The notes: a model not told the origin generated them from the letters alone. Counted from the stretch's first letter, positions 12,440 through 22,320 are shown. The stretch: DNA of 64,000 nucleotides from Alphaproteobacteria bacterium (GCA_045590955.1 JAZNSB010000059.1:2760-66759); one strand, 5' to 3'. Translations and numbers: made by a program.

Positions 12440-12892
12440 ATGACAGATTGTGTAATGCCTGCAACCGGTAAGCTTATCGGTAACAAGTTTTATTATCCCA
12501 TCAGAGTATATTTTGAAGATACCGATATAGAAGGCATTGTATACTTTGCCAACTATCTTAAATTTGCAGAAAGAGCCCGCACGGAATTTGTTCGTTATCT
12601 TGGATTTAGACAACAAGACAATTTTGAAAACGGAGAAAAAAAAGGTTTTGTGGTAAAACACATGGAAATAGATTACAAAAAACCCGCCACACTGGACGAC
12701 TGTTTAACTGTTACCGTCCAAATTTCAAAAATGAAAAACGTAAGCATTGAACTTATTCAAGAAATAAAACGCCAAGAAGAAACCTTGGCAGTAGTTACCA
12801 TAAAAGTCGGTTATATGGACTTTAACAGTGGAAGTTTATGCAAATTAAGTCCTCAAATGCTTGAAAAATTTGCTTTAGCAAGTTGCTGTTAA
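12440..12892 (+). CDS. ybgC: Tol-Pal-associated acyl-CoA thioesterase YbgC (4HBT fold)
   Basis: YYPIRVYFEDTDIEGIVYFANYLKFAERARTEFVRYLGF matches YbgC, and it lies directly upstream of tolQ. Confidence 0.8.
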   Translation: MTDCVMPATGKLIGNKFYYPIRVYFEDTDIEGIVYFANYLKFAERARTEFVRYLGFRQQDNFENGEKKGFVVKHMEIDYKKPATLDDCLTVTVQISKMKNVSIELIQEIKRQEETLAVVTIKVGYMDFNSGSLCKLSPQMLEKFALASCC

Positions 12893-12956
12893 TAGAAAAT
12901 TTAGCAATTAGCAATTATCTTTCTTATAAATTCAAAAATTTATAAGGAGATTTGCC

Positions 12957-13394
12957 ATGGCACAAGCAGCCCAAGGAAGCTTTGAAGACGGACGTTTTGT
13001 ATATCCTATCAGAGTATATTATGAAGACACAGATGCAGAAGGCGTTGTGTATCATCTTAACTACCTCAAATACATAGAAAGAACAGGCATAGAAATGCTC
13101 AGAGCCATTGGTTTTTCTCAAAAAGAAAACATGCAATCAGAAAACCCTATTGCACTTGTTGTCAGACATTTAGACATTGACTACAAATCTTTTGCATTTT
13201 TGGACGACTTACTATGGGTAAAAGCTAAACCCGTTGCCGTTAAGGGGGTAAGAATGACATTAAATTATGAAATTTATAATGAAGACAGACTTCTTACCAC
13301 CGCCACAGAAGACATTGTGATTGTTGATCTAAAAACCAAACGTCCAATGCGCCTGCCCGCCGATTTGGTAGAAAAATTAAGCAAATATATGTAG
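12957..13394 (+). CDS. Second YbgC-like 4HBT thioesterase (tandem paralogue)
   Basis: VYPIRVYYEDTDAEGVVYHLNYLKYIERTGIEMLRAIGF has the same motif set as the upstream ybgC but a diverged sequence. Confidence 0.7.
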   Translation: MAQAAQGSFEDGRFVYPIRVYYEDTDAEGVVYHLNYLKYIERTGIEMLRAIGFSQKENMQSENPIALVVRHLDIDYKSFAFLDDLLWVKAKPVAVKGVRMTLNYEIYNEDRLLTTATEDIVIVDLKTKRPMRLPADLVEKLSKYM

Positions 13395-13486
13395 AAAAGT
13401 ACATAATTTTAATCAATTTTTTAGTATTTTCTGTTAGATTTTTTCATAAATGGAAATTTGTTTAAAAATCTAGCTAGGAAAATAAC

Positions 13487-14224
13487 ATGGATACACAACT
13501 TTTAACAACAGCTACTGCCGGAAATTCATTTTATGATTTAGTCTGGGATTCAGACTGGATGACCAAAATCATTTTACTTGGATTGATTGCCGCTTCTGTA
13601 TGGACATGGGCCATTATCATTGAAAAAATCGGTATGTTTAAACAACTCAAAATGCGCACCAAAAGTTTTGAAGCAAAATTTTGGTCAGGCGGTTCACTGG
13701 ACAGATTATATGAAAACATTGGCAACAAACCCAAAGACCCAATGTCTGCCATGTTTGTTGCAGCCATGAAAGAATGGAAAAGAACAAATATTTTAAAAGC
13801 AAAAATAGACAGAGGCTTTAGGGGTGTTTCTTTGCAACAAAGAATAGAAAAGTCAATGTGTGTTTCCATGGACAAAGAACTTGAAGCAATGGAAACCCGT
13901 CTTGGATTTTTATCTTCTACCGGTTCTGTGGCTCCGTTTGTAGGATTATTTGGAACTGTTTGGGGAATTATGGATTGCTTTCAAGCTATTGCCCTAACAC
14001 AAAACAACTCTCTATCTGCCATTGCTCCCGGTATTGCAGAAGCCTTATTTACTACTGCCTTTGGTTTAATTGCCGCTATTCCGGCTGTAATTGCTTATAA
14101 CAAATTTTCTTCAGATGTAGACAGATATGCCAAACGTTTAGAAAACTTTTTAAGTGAATTCTCAAGCATTTTATCAAGAGAAATTGACGATAGCGCCATG
14201 AAAGCAGAAATTGCAGGAGAATAA
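13487..14224 (+). CDS. tolQ: Tol-Pal system protein TolQ (MotA/TolQ/ExbB proton channel)
   Basis: Three TM helices and the C-terminal conserved region SVAPFVGLFGTVWGIMDCFQAI...PGIAEALFTTAFGLIAAIPAVIAYN. Confidence 0.85.
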   Translation: MDTQLLTTATAGNSFYDLVWDSDWMTKIILLGLIAASVWTWAIIIEKIGMFKQLKMRTKSFEAKFWSGGSLDRLYENIGNKPKDPMSAMFVAAMKEWKRTNILKAKIDRGFRGVSLQQRIEKSMCVSMDKELEAMETRLGFLSSTGSVAPFVGLFGTVWGIMDCFQAIALTQNNSLSAIAPGIAEALFTTAFGLIAAIPAVIAYNKFSSDVDRYAKRLENFLSEFSSILSREIDDSAMKAEIAGE

Positions 14225-14681
14225 AATGTTCAACTATGGAATCAGAAGAGAAAGAAGAAGTTCTCGCAAAGCAAACGCAGACATAAACATCACTCCGCTG
14301 ATAGACGTTACCATGTCTTTGCTTGTTATTTTTATGGCTGCCGCACCGCTAATGACCACCGGAATTGCGCTTGATTTACCCAAAGTTGGAGGCAAAGCCC
14401 TAAATGAAGATGTTACATCTGTCAACATAAGTGTTGACAAAGATGGTTATTATTACGTGGGAGAAAAAGAAATTGCCCAAGATAACCTTGTTGAAAAATT
14501 AAAAGCCATCAAAGATGCCAACAAAGATATTTCCATAACCATATCCGGTGACACTGCCGCAGAATATGGACGTGTAATAGGGTTAATGGCCATATTAAAA
14601 CAAGCAGGTTTTGAAAAAGTAGGATTAAAAACAGAACCGCAAAAACAAACAAAAAAGAGTAAAAAAACAAGGAAAAAATAG
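14211..14681 (+). CDS. tolR: Tol-Pal system protein TolR (ExbD/TolR family)
   Basis: INITPLIDVTMSLLVIFMAAAPLM is the ExbD/TolR TM helix. It overlaps the tolQ stop. Confidence 0.8.
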   Translation: MQENKMFNYGIRRERRSSRKANADINITPLIDVTMSLLVIFMAAAPLMTTGIALDLPKVGGKALNEDVTSVNISVDKDGYYYVGEKEIAQDNLVEKLKAIKDANKDISITISGDTAAEYGRVIGLMAILKQAGFEKVGLKTEPQKQTKKSKKTRKK

Positions 14682-15622
14682 TGAAAGACCCTCTTTACAA
14701 ATCGCTGTTAGGGCACTTAATACTGGTCCTTATTATCATATTGGATATGCCGGCTTTATGGCGTAAAGATATGTCTATACACCAAGTGCCCATAATTGTT
14801 GATTTGAAAGATGTAAAAATTTCACAAATGACCAACCTTCCACCAAAAGTTAAGCTCGGCAAAGAAAATAAAGAAGCAAGCACCATAAAACGCAAAAAAG
14901 AAAATTATACTCAAAAAGAAGAAAAGCCCAAAACAACTGCTCCCAAACAAGAGACGGTTGAAACAAAAGAGCAACCCAAAGAACAAGAAGTAAAAAAAAC
15001 CAAAGAATCTTTTTTGGTAGCCCCACCGCCGGCAAAACCAAAACCCAAAACAAAGCCTAAAGAAAAACCAAAACCGGCCCAATCTGACAAACAAAGAACT
15101 AAAAAAGAAGAACCCAAAAAAGAAAATAAACCGGCCAATAAAGACCCTGTGCTTGCAAATCCTCTTAAAAGTTTGTTGGCATCTGTAGATGCATTGGAAA
15201 AAGAACTTGGCTCAAAAGATGAACATGCCACCACAACTTCAACCGAAGGGTACAAACATCAAGGTGTTGATGGCGGAACCGTTGGTTCATATTTTTCAGA
15301 ACTTTCCATTTCAGAAACAGATTTACTTGCTGGCAGATTAAGAGCATGTTGGAATTTGGACCCTGGTGCCAGAGGTATTCAGGATATGATTATTGAAATA
15401 AGAGTTCATTTAACTCCAGAAGGTAAAGTTCAAGATGTAAAAATTTTAGACACCAACAGATACAGCACAGATAAACACTTCCGCTCTGTGGCAGAAAGTG
15501 CTAGAAGAGCCGTATATGTATGCGCTCCATACACCATATTTGTTGAAAAATATGCCGACCAATACGATATGTGGAAGACCATGTTATTAAGATTTAACCC
15601 GCTTGATGGAGAAGTAAAATGA
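14681..15622 (+). CDS. tolA: TolA-like envelope protein (N-terminal TM, Lys/Pro-rich linker, C-terminal TolA-III-like domain)
   Basis: It follows tolR with ATGA overlap. It has an N-terminal anchor, a long KPKPKTKPKEKPKP low-complexity linker and a C-terminal globular domain, the same layout as TolA. Confidence 0.55.
   Translation: MKDPLYKSLLGHLILVLIIILDMPALWRKDMSIHQVPIIVDLKDVKISQMTNLPPKVKLGKENKEASTIKRKKENYTQKEEKPKTTAPKQETVETKEQPKEQEVKKTKESFLVAPPPAKPKPKTKPKEKPKPAQSDKQRTKKEEPKKENKPANKDPVLANPLKSLLASVDALEKELGSKDEHATTTSTEGYKHQGVDGGTVGSYFSELSISETDLLAGRLRACWNLDPGARGIQDMIIEIRVHLTPEGKVQDVKILDTNRYSTDKHFRSVAESARRAVYVCAPYTIFVEKYADQYDMWKTMLLRFNPLDGEVK
14930..15150 (+). repeat. Low-complexity Lys/Pro/Glu-rich coding repeat inside tolA
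   Basis: Iterated aaaccaaaacc/aaagaa units. This explains the cluster of spurious F/L-rich antisense ORFs on the minus strand (14822..15255). Confidence 0.6.
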
Positions 15623-16317
15623 GATTAAGCACAACAAAATTAGTTACGGAAAGCGCAGAATATATGATAAAAAATTATAAAAGCATGTCTGTATTTTGCC
15701 TTATTTGTTATGTCTTTATGTGTTCTTCAAAGCTGTTTGGCGGATGGCAGAGACCGGAATTTTTAATTATCCTGGCAATTGCATATATTGCGTTGGTTTA
15801 TTTTTTCAGATTTTACTTTAATAAAAAACCATTTTTTCAACTCAAAAGTGTCGGAAAATCTTTAATTCCTTCCACCAAAATTTTTATGATAATGCTTTTA
15901 TTTACTTCTCTGTTAATTTTCTTGCCGTTTTTAGGATTATTTATTGATGCCGGCACTAATTACTGGGACAAATACATGCAATATCTGCAAGCATTTCAAC
16001 AAGAAAGTCAAGTTGTTGACTTGGTACTAAATATGCTATTTATCTTTACTTCTCCAATTTTCCTATACCGACCAAGCTTAGCATTTATTTCTTCTCTTTT
16101 GGGCAGAAGCCCGTCTCTTCGCACCGCATGGAAAAAATCAACAGACAACTACTGGGTATTTTTTTCCATTGTTTTTGGTATAAATATTGCTTTACTGCTG
16201 TTACGCACAGTTCTTACCAATGACTACATATTCTTTATTTTTGCTTCCGGACTTACCATATACTTTAACATTATATTGGCAAAAACTTACGAAATTTTAT
16301 TTAACTTAGAGCAATAA
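15619..16317 (+). CDS. Hypothetical polytopic membrane protein, translationally coupled to tolA
   Basis: Its ATG overlaps the tolA stop (ATGA). At least five hydrophobic segments are present, and no recognisable family was found. Confidence 0.4.
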   Translation: MRLSTTKLVTESAEYMIKNYKSMSVFCLICYVFMCSSKLFGGWQRPEFLIILAIAYIALVYFFRFYFNKKPFFQLKSVGKSLIPSTKIFMIMLLFTSLLIFLPFLGLFIDAGTNYWDKYMQYLQAFQQESQVVDLVLNMLFIFTSPIFLYRPSLAFISSLLGRSPSLRTAWKKSTDNYWVFFSIVFGINIALLLLRTVLTNDYIFFIFASGLTIYFNIILAKTYEILFNLEQ

Positions 16318-16982
16318 TCCTGCAAAAAATTTTGCCATTCAGTCAAATGTTGCTCTCTAAAAAAGTGTGTTAAAAAATCTACCATGCACTTGTGTCTTAT
16401 TTTTCCTTCTTCAATGGCATAATCTGTATAAAGCATGTCTTTTATTTTGAGCAATTTTTCAAAAAAGTGATTAATAAAGTTATCTGACTTTCTGTTTGGC
16501 AATTTATATCTCTGATAAGAAATATCTACTTCCGGCCAAACTTTTTCATCAAAAACAACCGTCTGACATCTGGCAAAAGCATAATTTAAACACCTGATTA
16601 TTCCATTTATGCCAATTGCATCTAACATATCTGCATCGGAAACAATTTTTGCTTCAAGCAAAGTTGGTTGCAAACCTTTTAATCGCTTAGAATAGCCTAT
16701 TTGAGCAATAACATCCAAAACAAGCTTTTGCACATTTTCATCAACACCGGCATTTTTCATAATGTTTTTTGCATTAGACAACTTTTCCGAGGTTTCAAAT
16801 AACTTATAATCATCTACATCATGCAATAAAGCAGCCAATAATGTTACCGTTTCGTTTGCCTCTGTTTGAGTTTTCAAAATTTGTTGAGTTGTATCAAACA
16901 CCCTTAATACATGATCAAAACCATGCCCTGTATCATCATTTTGTAACAACGATTTCACACTGTTTTTTATATTTTCAATCAT
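16287..16982 (-). CDS. HD-domain phosphohydrolase
   Basis: GHGFDHVLRV...LAALLHDVDD carries the H...HD metal-binding motifs. Confidence 0.7.
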   Translation of the reverse strand: MIENIKNSVKSLLQNDDTGHGFDHVLRVFDTTQQILKTQTEANETVTLLAALLHDVDDYKLFETSEKLSNAKNIMKNAGVDENVQKLVLDVIAQIGYSKRLKGLQPTLLEAKIVSDADMLDAIGINGIIRCLNYAFARCQTVVFDEKVWPEVDISYQRYKLPNRKSDNFINHFFEKLLKIKDMLYTDYAIEEGKIRHKCMVDFLTHFFREQHLTEWQNFLQDYCSKLNKIS

Positions 16983-17455
16983 CTCGGCACATTTCTCAAA
17001 TGACTGTGAGCAATTGCCGCTGCCAACGCATCAGAAGAATCATTATTTTCAGGCTTTGCACCCGGCAACAAAACTTTCACCATTGTTTCCACCTGATTTT
17101 TGTCCGCATGCCCAACGCCCACAACTGCCTTTTTTATTTTGTTTGCTCCATATTCAAACAACGGAATATCAAACATTGTAGGAGCCAACAATACCACTCC
17201 TCTTGCTTCCACCAGTTTAATTGTAGACTGCGGATTAGAATTAAGAAAAACTTCTTCCGCCGCAGCCTCATCAGGTTTATATTGCTCAATTACTTGTGTT
17301 AAGGTCTCAAAAATAGATTTAAGTCTTTTAGGCAATGCTTCTTTAGGGTTTGTCTTTATTCTGCCATCGGCCACATAACAAATATGATTGGCATTAACAT
17401 CTACAATTCCCCACCCTGTTGAAGACAAGCTTGGATCAAGACCTAATATTCTCAT
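16979..17455 (-). CDS. ruvC: Crossover junction endodeoxyribonuclease RuvC
   Basis: MRILGLDPSLSSTGWGIVDV... is the canonical RuvC N-terminus. Confidence 0.9.
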   Translation of the reverse strand: MRILGLDPSLSSTGWGIVDVNANHICYVADGRIKTNPKEALPKRLKSIFETLTQVIEQYKPDEAAAEEVFLNSNPQSTIKLVEARGVVLLAPTMFDIPLFEYGANKIKKAVVGVGHADKNQVETMVKVLLPGAKPENNDSSDALAAAIAHSHLRNVPR

Positions 17456-18195
17456 AAACTTTCCAATACACCTTCTGCAAATTCTGCATTGTGGAAAACA
17501 TGTTGCACATCATCATCTTCTTCCAATGCATCAACAAAAGCCAAAAGTTTTTCTGCGCTTTCTTTGTCTGCTATCGTTGTCTTTGCCACAGGTTTCCACT
17601 CCAATCTTGAAGCGCAAGGTGTTCCAAATTTTTGTTCCAAAGCCTCTGTAACCACATTCAAATCTTCAGGCAAAGTTTCAATTTCATGAGATTCTTCAGT
17701 AAACACTTCTTGAGCACCGGCTTCCAAAGCTGCTTCAAACATTTCATCAGCAGAGGCTGTTTCCAAAGGATATTGCACATATCCTATACGTTGAAAGTTA
17801 AATGCCACAGAACCGTCCACACCCATACTTCCGCCTCTTTTGTTAAATAATGCACGCACATTACTTGCCGTTCTGTTTTTATTATCTGTCAAAGCTTCAA
17901 CAATCACAGCCACGTTTGCCGGACCGAAACCTTCATATCTCATGGTCACAAAATCATCACCACCGGCGGTCTGAGAAGCTTTTGCAATTGCTCTTTCAAT
18001 GTTATCTTTTGGCATACTTTCAGCTCTTGCTGCCTGCACGGCCAATCTCAATCTCGGGTTTTTATCCGGATCAGGCATACCGGATTTTGCTGCCACAGTA
18101 ATTTCTCTTGAAAGTTTTGCAAAAACTCTTGCTTTTTTTGCGTCTTGCGCACCTTTACGATACATAATATTTTTAAATTGCGAATGTCCTGCCAT
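17452..18195 (-). CDS. yebC: YebC/PmpR-family DNA-binding transcriptional regulator
   Basis: MAGHSQFKNIMYRKGAQDAKKARVFAKLSREITVAAKSG... is highly conserved. Confidence 0.9.
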   Translation of the reverse strand: MAGHSQFKNIMYRKGAQDAKKARVFAKLSREITVAAKSGMPDPDKNPRLRLAVQAARAESMPKDNIERAIAKASQTAGGDDFVTMRYEGFGPANVAVIVEALTDNKNRTASNVRALFNKRGGSMGVDGSVAFNFQRIGYVQYPLETASADEMFEAALEAGAQEVFTEESHEIETLPEDLNVVTEALEQKFGTPCASRLEWKPVAKTTIADKESAEKLLAFVDALEEDDDVQHVFHNAEFAEGVLESL

Positions 18196-18227
18196 TTTCT
18201 TTTCCTTAAAATCTTATTATTTTAAAA

Positions 18228-19001
18228 TTAGTATTTTGTAATCATATAATCCAATCTGTTTTCATCTGCAAATAAAATTTTAATTCCCACACCTTTTATG
18301 TTTACCAGTTCTTGTCCCGGATCTACATAAATGTTTTCAAATTCTCCTTTGTCTGCATTTTGTTTTGAATAATCCAAATATAGGAACAAAATTTTTCCTA
18401 ATTCCATACCACCATATTTAATTTCAAACCCTTTAACAGGATGAGATTGCACCGCAGAAGACTTTCTTACCGGTACCATACGAAGTTGTCTTGGTGTTGG
18501 AATATAATCTTCTCCAATAATAATCAAACTTGAACCTTTAAGTTCTCCGCAAATTCTGGCAAATGTTCCGTCTTCATTTAAGAGCAACACCACATTTTCT
18601 ATATTTGTTGGAAGCAATGCATATCTGACACCGTCAACAGTCACTTCTCCAACAATTTTATATGTTTGGTTTTTATAATACTTAAACGGAACAGACACAT
18701 TTCCAATTACCCCGTCAATGGAAGGTCTGACAAAATTTTCAGCATATTCATCTCTTTGCATGATTTTGTTTACTGCCACCGGATATCCCACCATAGCACT
18801 GTGCACGGTATTTATATCCGGCTCCATTTCCGTAACATAATCTGATGATACTTTTTTCATATCCCAATCATACAAAGAAACTTTATACCCTTTGAAAAAA
18901 GCAAACATCTGTTTAGAATCCCAAACATCATGACTTTTTGCACTTATGCAAGAAGACAAAACAAGCATACAGCTTAAAAGAACAAATTTTTTCATTACCA
19001 T
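18228..19001 (-). CDS. Hypothetical lipoprotein
   Basis: A signal peptide with an LSSC lipobox (MKKFVLLSCMLVLSSC), and no recognisable domain. Confidence 0.4.
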   Translation of the reverse strand: MVMKKFVLLSCMLVLSSCISAKSHDVWDSKQMFAFFKGYKVSLYDWDMKKVSSDYVTEMEPDINTVHSAMVGYPVAVNKIMQRDEYAENFVRPSIDGVIGNVSVPFKYYKNQTYKIVGEVTVDGVRYALLPTNIENVVLLLNEDGTFARICGELKGSSLIIIGEDYIPTPRQLRMVPVRKSSAVQSHPVKGFEIKYGGMELGKILFLYLDYSKQNADKGEFENIYVDPGQELVNIKGVGIKILFADENRLDYMITKY

Positions 19002-19078
19002 TTCTCTACAAATTAATGTTTTGATAAGTATAATTAATATAACATAAAGTTAAAGTAGTAAACAATAGATTCTAACTT

Positions 19079-20761
19079 ATGAGGAAAATTATGCAAATAT
19101 CCGACATTAAAGACCTATTAAAGACAAAAAAACTTGATGCATACCTTATAAACAGAGGCAATGTTTTCATAAATTCAGATATTTTACCGCAAGAAAACAT
19201 CATAAACAAGCTCACCGGATTTACCGGAAGCAACGCCACTCTTATTGTTTGCCAAAAAGACTGCTATTTATTCACGGATTCCAGATACGAACTTCAAGCT
19301 CCCATTGAAACCAAAGGAAAAAAAATAAAAGTTATTTGCGGATATTTTTTAGATTGGCTCAAAGAACAAAAAGAAGACTTCAAACTTGGTATCAATCCAT
19401 GGACTTTAAGCATAGACACTTTTAACAAAATCAAAAAAAGAGCGCCACAAATTCAAATTGTAAAATCAGATTTATTAAATATCGGAAGCAACATATGCAA
19501 AAAAACTTTTAACGTATTTGAACATCAAACAAAGTTTTGTGGCATCAAGTCAAAAGAAAAAATCAAACAAATCAGGACCTTTATAGAAGAAAAAAATCTT
19601 GATGCTCTTCTTTTGTGTTCTCCGGAAAGCGTTTCTTGGTTGTTAAACATCCGTTCAAACTGCTTACCTTGCACGCCGGTTGTTAGGGCCTTTGCTCTCA
19701 TCACAAAACAAGGCAAAACGCAAACTTTTGCGCAGAATTTAAAAAATCTTGATTATGCCGATTTTAAAGATTTACCTCAGGCTTTAGAAAAATTTACAAA
19801 CATTGGTATTGATGAAAAACAAACCCCTCTTTTTATTAGTGATTTTATTGGAAGATACAAAAGAATTTCAGACCCTGTAATGGACTTAAAGGCTGTTAAA
19901 AACAACACAGAATTAAAAGGCTTTAGAGCATGCCACATAGAAGATGGGGTTGCCGTAACCAAACTTCTTTATTGGCTCAAACACTCTTGGCAAAACAAAA
20001 CAGAGCTTGATGTTGTAAAAAAATTATTTTCTTTACGTCAACAAGGCAAACTGTTTTTTTCCAACAGTTTTGAAACTATTGCGGGTTTTGGTCCAAACGG
20101 AGCCATTGTTCATTACAGTCCATCAATAAAAAGCAACAAAAAGCTTGGAAACGGACTTGTTTTAATAGACAGTGGCGGACAATACTTCAACGGCACCACA
20201 GACGTCACACGCACCATTTGCCTTGGCAAACCCACAAAAGAACAAATCCAGTGTTTTACAGCGGTTTTAAAAGCCCATATTGCTTTAAGCTCTGCATATT
20301 TTCCGCAAGGCACACAAGCCGGCAAATTAGAAAGTTTATCAAAATCGCAACTTTGGAAAATTGGCAAAAATTATATGCACGGCACAGGACACGGTGTTGG
20401 ACATTTTTCCGTAATTCATGAAAATCCGCCCAGCATATCAAGCTCTAAAAACCTGCAACCACTAAAAGAAGGCATGGTTACTTCTATTGAACCGGGATAT
20501 TACAAAGAATCAAAATTCGGCATAAGAATTGAAAATTTGGTAGAAATTTGCAAATGTTCACAATCTTTTGAATTTGAGATGCTAAAATTTGAGCCTCTAA
20601 CTTTAGTTCCTATTGATAAAGAGCTGATTGATGCATATTTATTGAGCAAAGAAGAAAAGGCATGGCTCAATGAATATCATAAAAAAGTTTTTGCAAAAAT
20701 TTCAAAAAGACTATCCAAAGAAGAACGTTCTTGGCTTGCTGACGCTTGCAGTCCTATTTAG
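19079..20761 (+). CDS. pepP: Xaa-Pro aminopeptidase (M24B, aminopeptidase P-like)
   Basis: A creatinase-like N-terminal domain plus an M24 core with HGTGHGVGHFSVIHE and IEPGYY. The tail ...AWLNEYHKKV...SWLADACSPI is characteristic of the family. Confidence 0.8.
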   Translation: MRKIMQISDIKDLLKTKKLDAYLINRGNVFINSDILPQENIINKLTGFTGSNATLIVCQKDCYLFTDSRYELQAPIETKGKKIKVICGYFLDWLKEQKEDFKLGINPWTLSIDTFNKIKKRAPQIQIVKSDLLNIGSNICKKTFNVFEHQTKFCGIKSKEKIKQIRTFIEEKNLDALLLCSPESVSWLLNIRSNCLPCTPVVRAFALITKQGKTQTFAQNLKNLDYADFKDLPQALEKFTNIGIDEKQTPLFISDFIGRYKRISDPVMDLKAVKNNTELKGFRACHIEDGVAVTKLLYWLKHSWQNKTELDVVKKLFSLRQQGKLFFSNSFETIAGFGPNGAIVHYSPSIKSNKKLGNGLVLIDSGGQYFNGTTDVTRTICLGKPTKEQIQCFTAVLKAHIALSSAYFPQGTQAGKLESLSKSQLWKIGKNYMHGTGHGVGHFSVIHENPPSISSSKNLQPLKEGMVTSIEPGYYKESKFGIRIENLVEICKCSQSFEFEMLKFEPLTLVPIDKELIDAYLLSKEEKAWLNEYHKKVFAKISKRLSKEERSWLADACSPI

Positions 20762-21197
20762 CCTGTTTTTTGTTTTTCAGAGCAAAGCAAGGCTTATATA
20801 TCAGGCGGGATTTTCTCCTGACCAAAGCCTGGAGCAATACTTTGATATCACCAGAAGATATTGGCAAAAGCCGATTATTTTTGTATTTTTTAATGGCAGA
20901 CCATGTTATATGTGTCCCCAAACCATAAACAGCATATACAATGTTTGGCAAAACAACTTTGCAGATTTGTATGACTATTTTGAAATCAACTACTTTCAAG
21001 ATCAAGAATATAATTTTATCCAAAACTATCAATTACGTGCACCTTTAAGTATTGTTTTGCAAAACGTAAACAATGGCGTTATGACAAATTGGGTAAAAAT
21101 AGACAACCCTCAAACCGGCTATCTTCCATCTCCCATATACAAAGAAAGATTAATAAGCGACATAAACAATTTCTTTGGTCATATTCCGAGTTTTTAA
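20670..21197 (+). CDS. Hypothetical small CxxC protein (possible thioredoxin-like/secreted); the real start is probably internal, around the TTG near 20734
   Basis: The ORF overlaps pepP by 92 nt. The hydrophobic segment LLTLAVLFSLFFVF is followed by a CYMC motif. The 3' boundary is firm; the 5' boundary is uncertain. Confidence 0.3.
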   Translation: MNIIKKFLQKFQKDYPKKNVLGLLTLAVLFSLFFVFQSKARLIYQAGFSPDQSLEQYFDITRRYWQKPIIFVFFNGRPCYMCPQTINSIYNVWQNNFADLYDYFEINYFQDQEYNFIQNYQLRAPLSIVLQNVNNGVMTNWVKIDNPQTGYLPSPIYKERLISDINNFFGHIPSF

Positions 21198-21404
21198 ATT
21201 GAACCGCACGAACTCACTGTAAGCCTTAAAAATCAAGGGTTAGCAAAGAATTTTGCTAACCCTGTCCAAACTGGCTGCGCGTGGTGTACAGTCATCGAAC
21301 TTTTACAACAACATCGCAAAGAAGTTATTTCTATTAAAGATCAACTCCGCTATGTTAGGGAAATATTGGCAGCATGATCCTCATAAACAAAGTATATCAG
21401 AATA

Positions 21405-21433
21405 TTGACAGGAATATAGTTTTTTGTTATAAT
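21405..21433 (+). promoter_or_regulatory. Consensus sigma70 promoter: TTGACA, 17-nt spacer, TATAAT
   Basis: ttgaca(21405-21410) ggaatatagtttttttgt tataat(21428-21433). Downstream is a perfect SD aggagg (21466-21471), 6 nt before the ATG at 21478. Confidence 0.6.
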
Positions 21434-21477
21434 TTCTATAATTAGTATAAAAGGAAGTTTTTCTTAGGAGGTTTAGA

Positions 21478-22320
21478 ATGTATTACCACTTTGAGCGAGA
21501 ATTGAAAAATATCCAAAACAATATCCAAGATAATGAAAAATATTATGACAAAGATAAAGTAAGGATGTTTGGTGATAAGCTTAAATTAGCCGATTTATGC
21601 ACGAGGATATATTTTGAAAGAGAAAAGTTGTTGCGTGAACAAAAAGAAACAACGGATGCAGAAAAACTGCAAAAATTGAAAGAGCAAACTGCAAACTTAG
21701 ATCAATTTATAGAAGAAAATAAATTAAGAGAAAAGAGGGATGAGGCTTTTGAATATATTCGAAAAACAAGTCCCATGTATAAAAAACTTTATGAGTCTGG
21801 AGCGAGGTTAGGAATTGACTACATTGTAATACCTGACGGCGCAGCATATCACTATCCCGCAACATCAATTGATCATAGACCAGATAGATGTTTTATTGAT
21901 TATGAACGATTAGGATATGAAAAAGGAAAGCCTTGTGAAAATTACAACAGTGGGGCTTGTGTTGTTTTTGACGGGGAAGATTTAATATTAACGTGTGATT
22001 GTTCATTATATGAGTCTTTAACAAGAAGTTGTAAATATGAAACACGGGGAGGCATTCCTTTTTACAATGGTGGTCAGGAGATGTATTTTGATAGTGTCCC
22101 TTTAGAAAGACAGTTTGAAGGAATGATAATACAGACCAAAGGAAATAATTATCAACTTGTTCCTTTAGGACTTGGAGACCAAAGAAGCTATAAAGATGAA
22201 ATGCTTTGGAAGTTGTTAAGACAAAAGAGACATAATCAAAAAGGCTTTCATGGACCAAGAAAAAGACGCCCTTTACCAACAGAGGACAGGTTCAACGTCA
22301 GAGGAGGGGGGAGAGAGTAG
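21478..22320 (+). CDS. Hypothetical protein, GC-richer than its surroundings, with an N-terminal coiled-coil and a Cys-rich C-terminal half; an orphan cargo gene
   Basis: A 280-aa ORF with a consensus promoter and SD. Its composition (gggg/agg-rich, ending ...RGGGRE) is atypical for the window. Confidence 0.5.
   Translation: MYYHFERELKNIQNNIQDNEKYYDKDKVRMFGDKLKLADLCTRIYFEREKLLREQKETTDAEKLQKLKEQTANLDQFIEENKLREKRDEAFEYIRKTSPMYKKLYESGARLGIDYIVIPDGAAYHYPATSIDHRPDRCFIDYERLGYEKGKPCENYNSGACVVFDGEDLILTCDCSLYESLTRSCKYETRGGIPFYNGGQEMYFDSVPLERQFEGMIIQTKGNNYQLVPLGLGDQRSYKDEMLWKLLRQKRHNQKGFHGPRKRRPLPTEDRFNVRGGGRE

Noticed and set aside
13531-13875. 114-aa minus-strand ORF
   Set aside because: It is antisense within tolQ.
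14822-15255. Cluster of overlapping minus-strand ORFs (90, 67 and 114 aa) rich in F/L/W
   Set aside because: They are antisense to the Lys/Pro-rich low-complexity linker of tolA. The repeat keeps shadow frames open.
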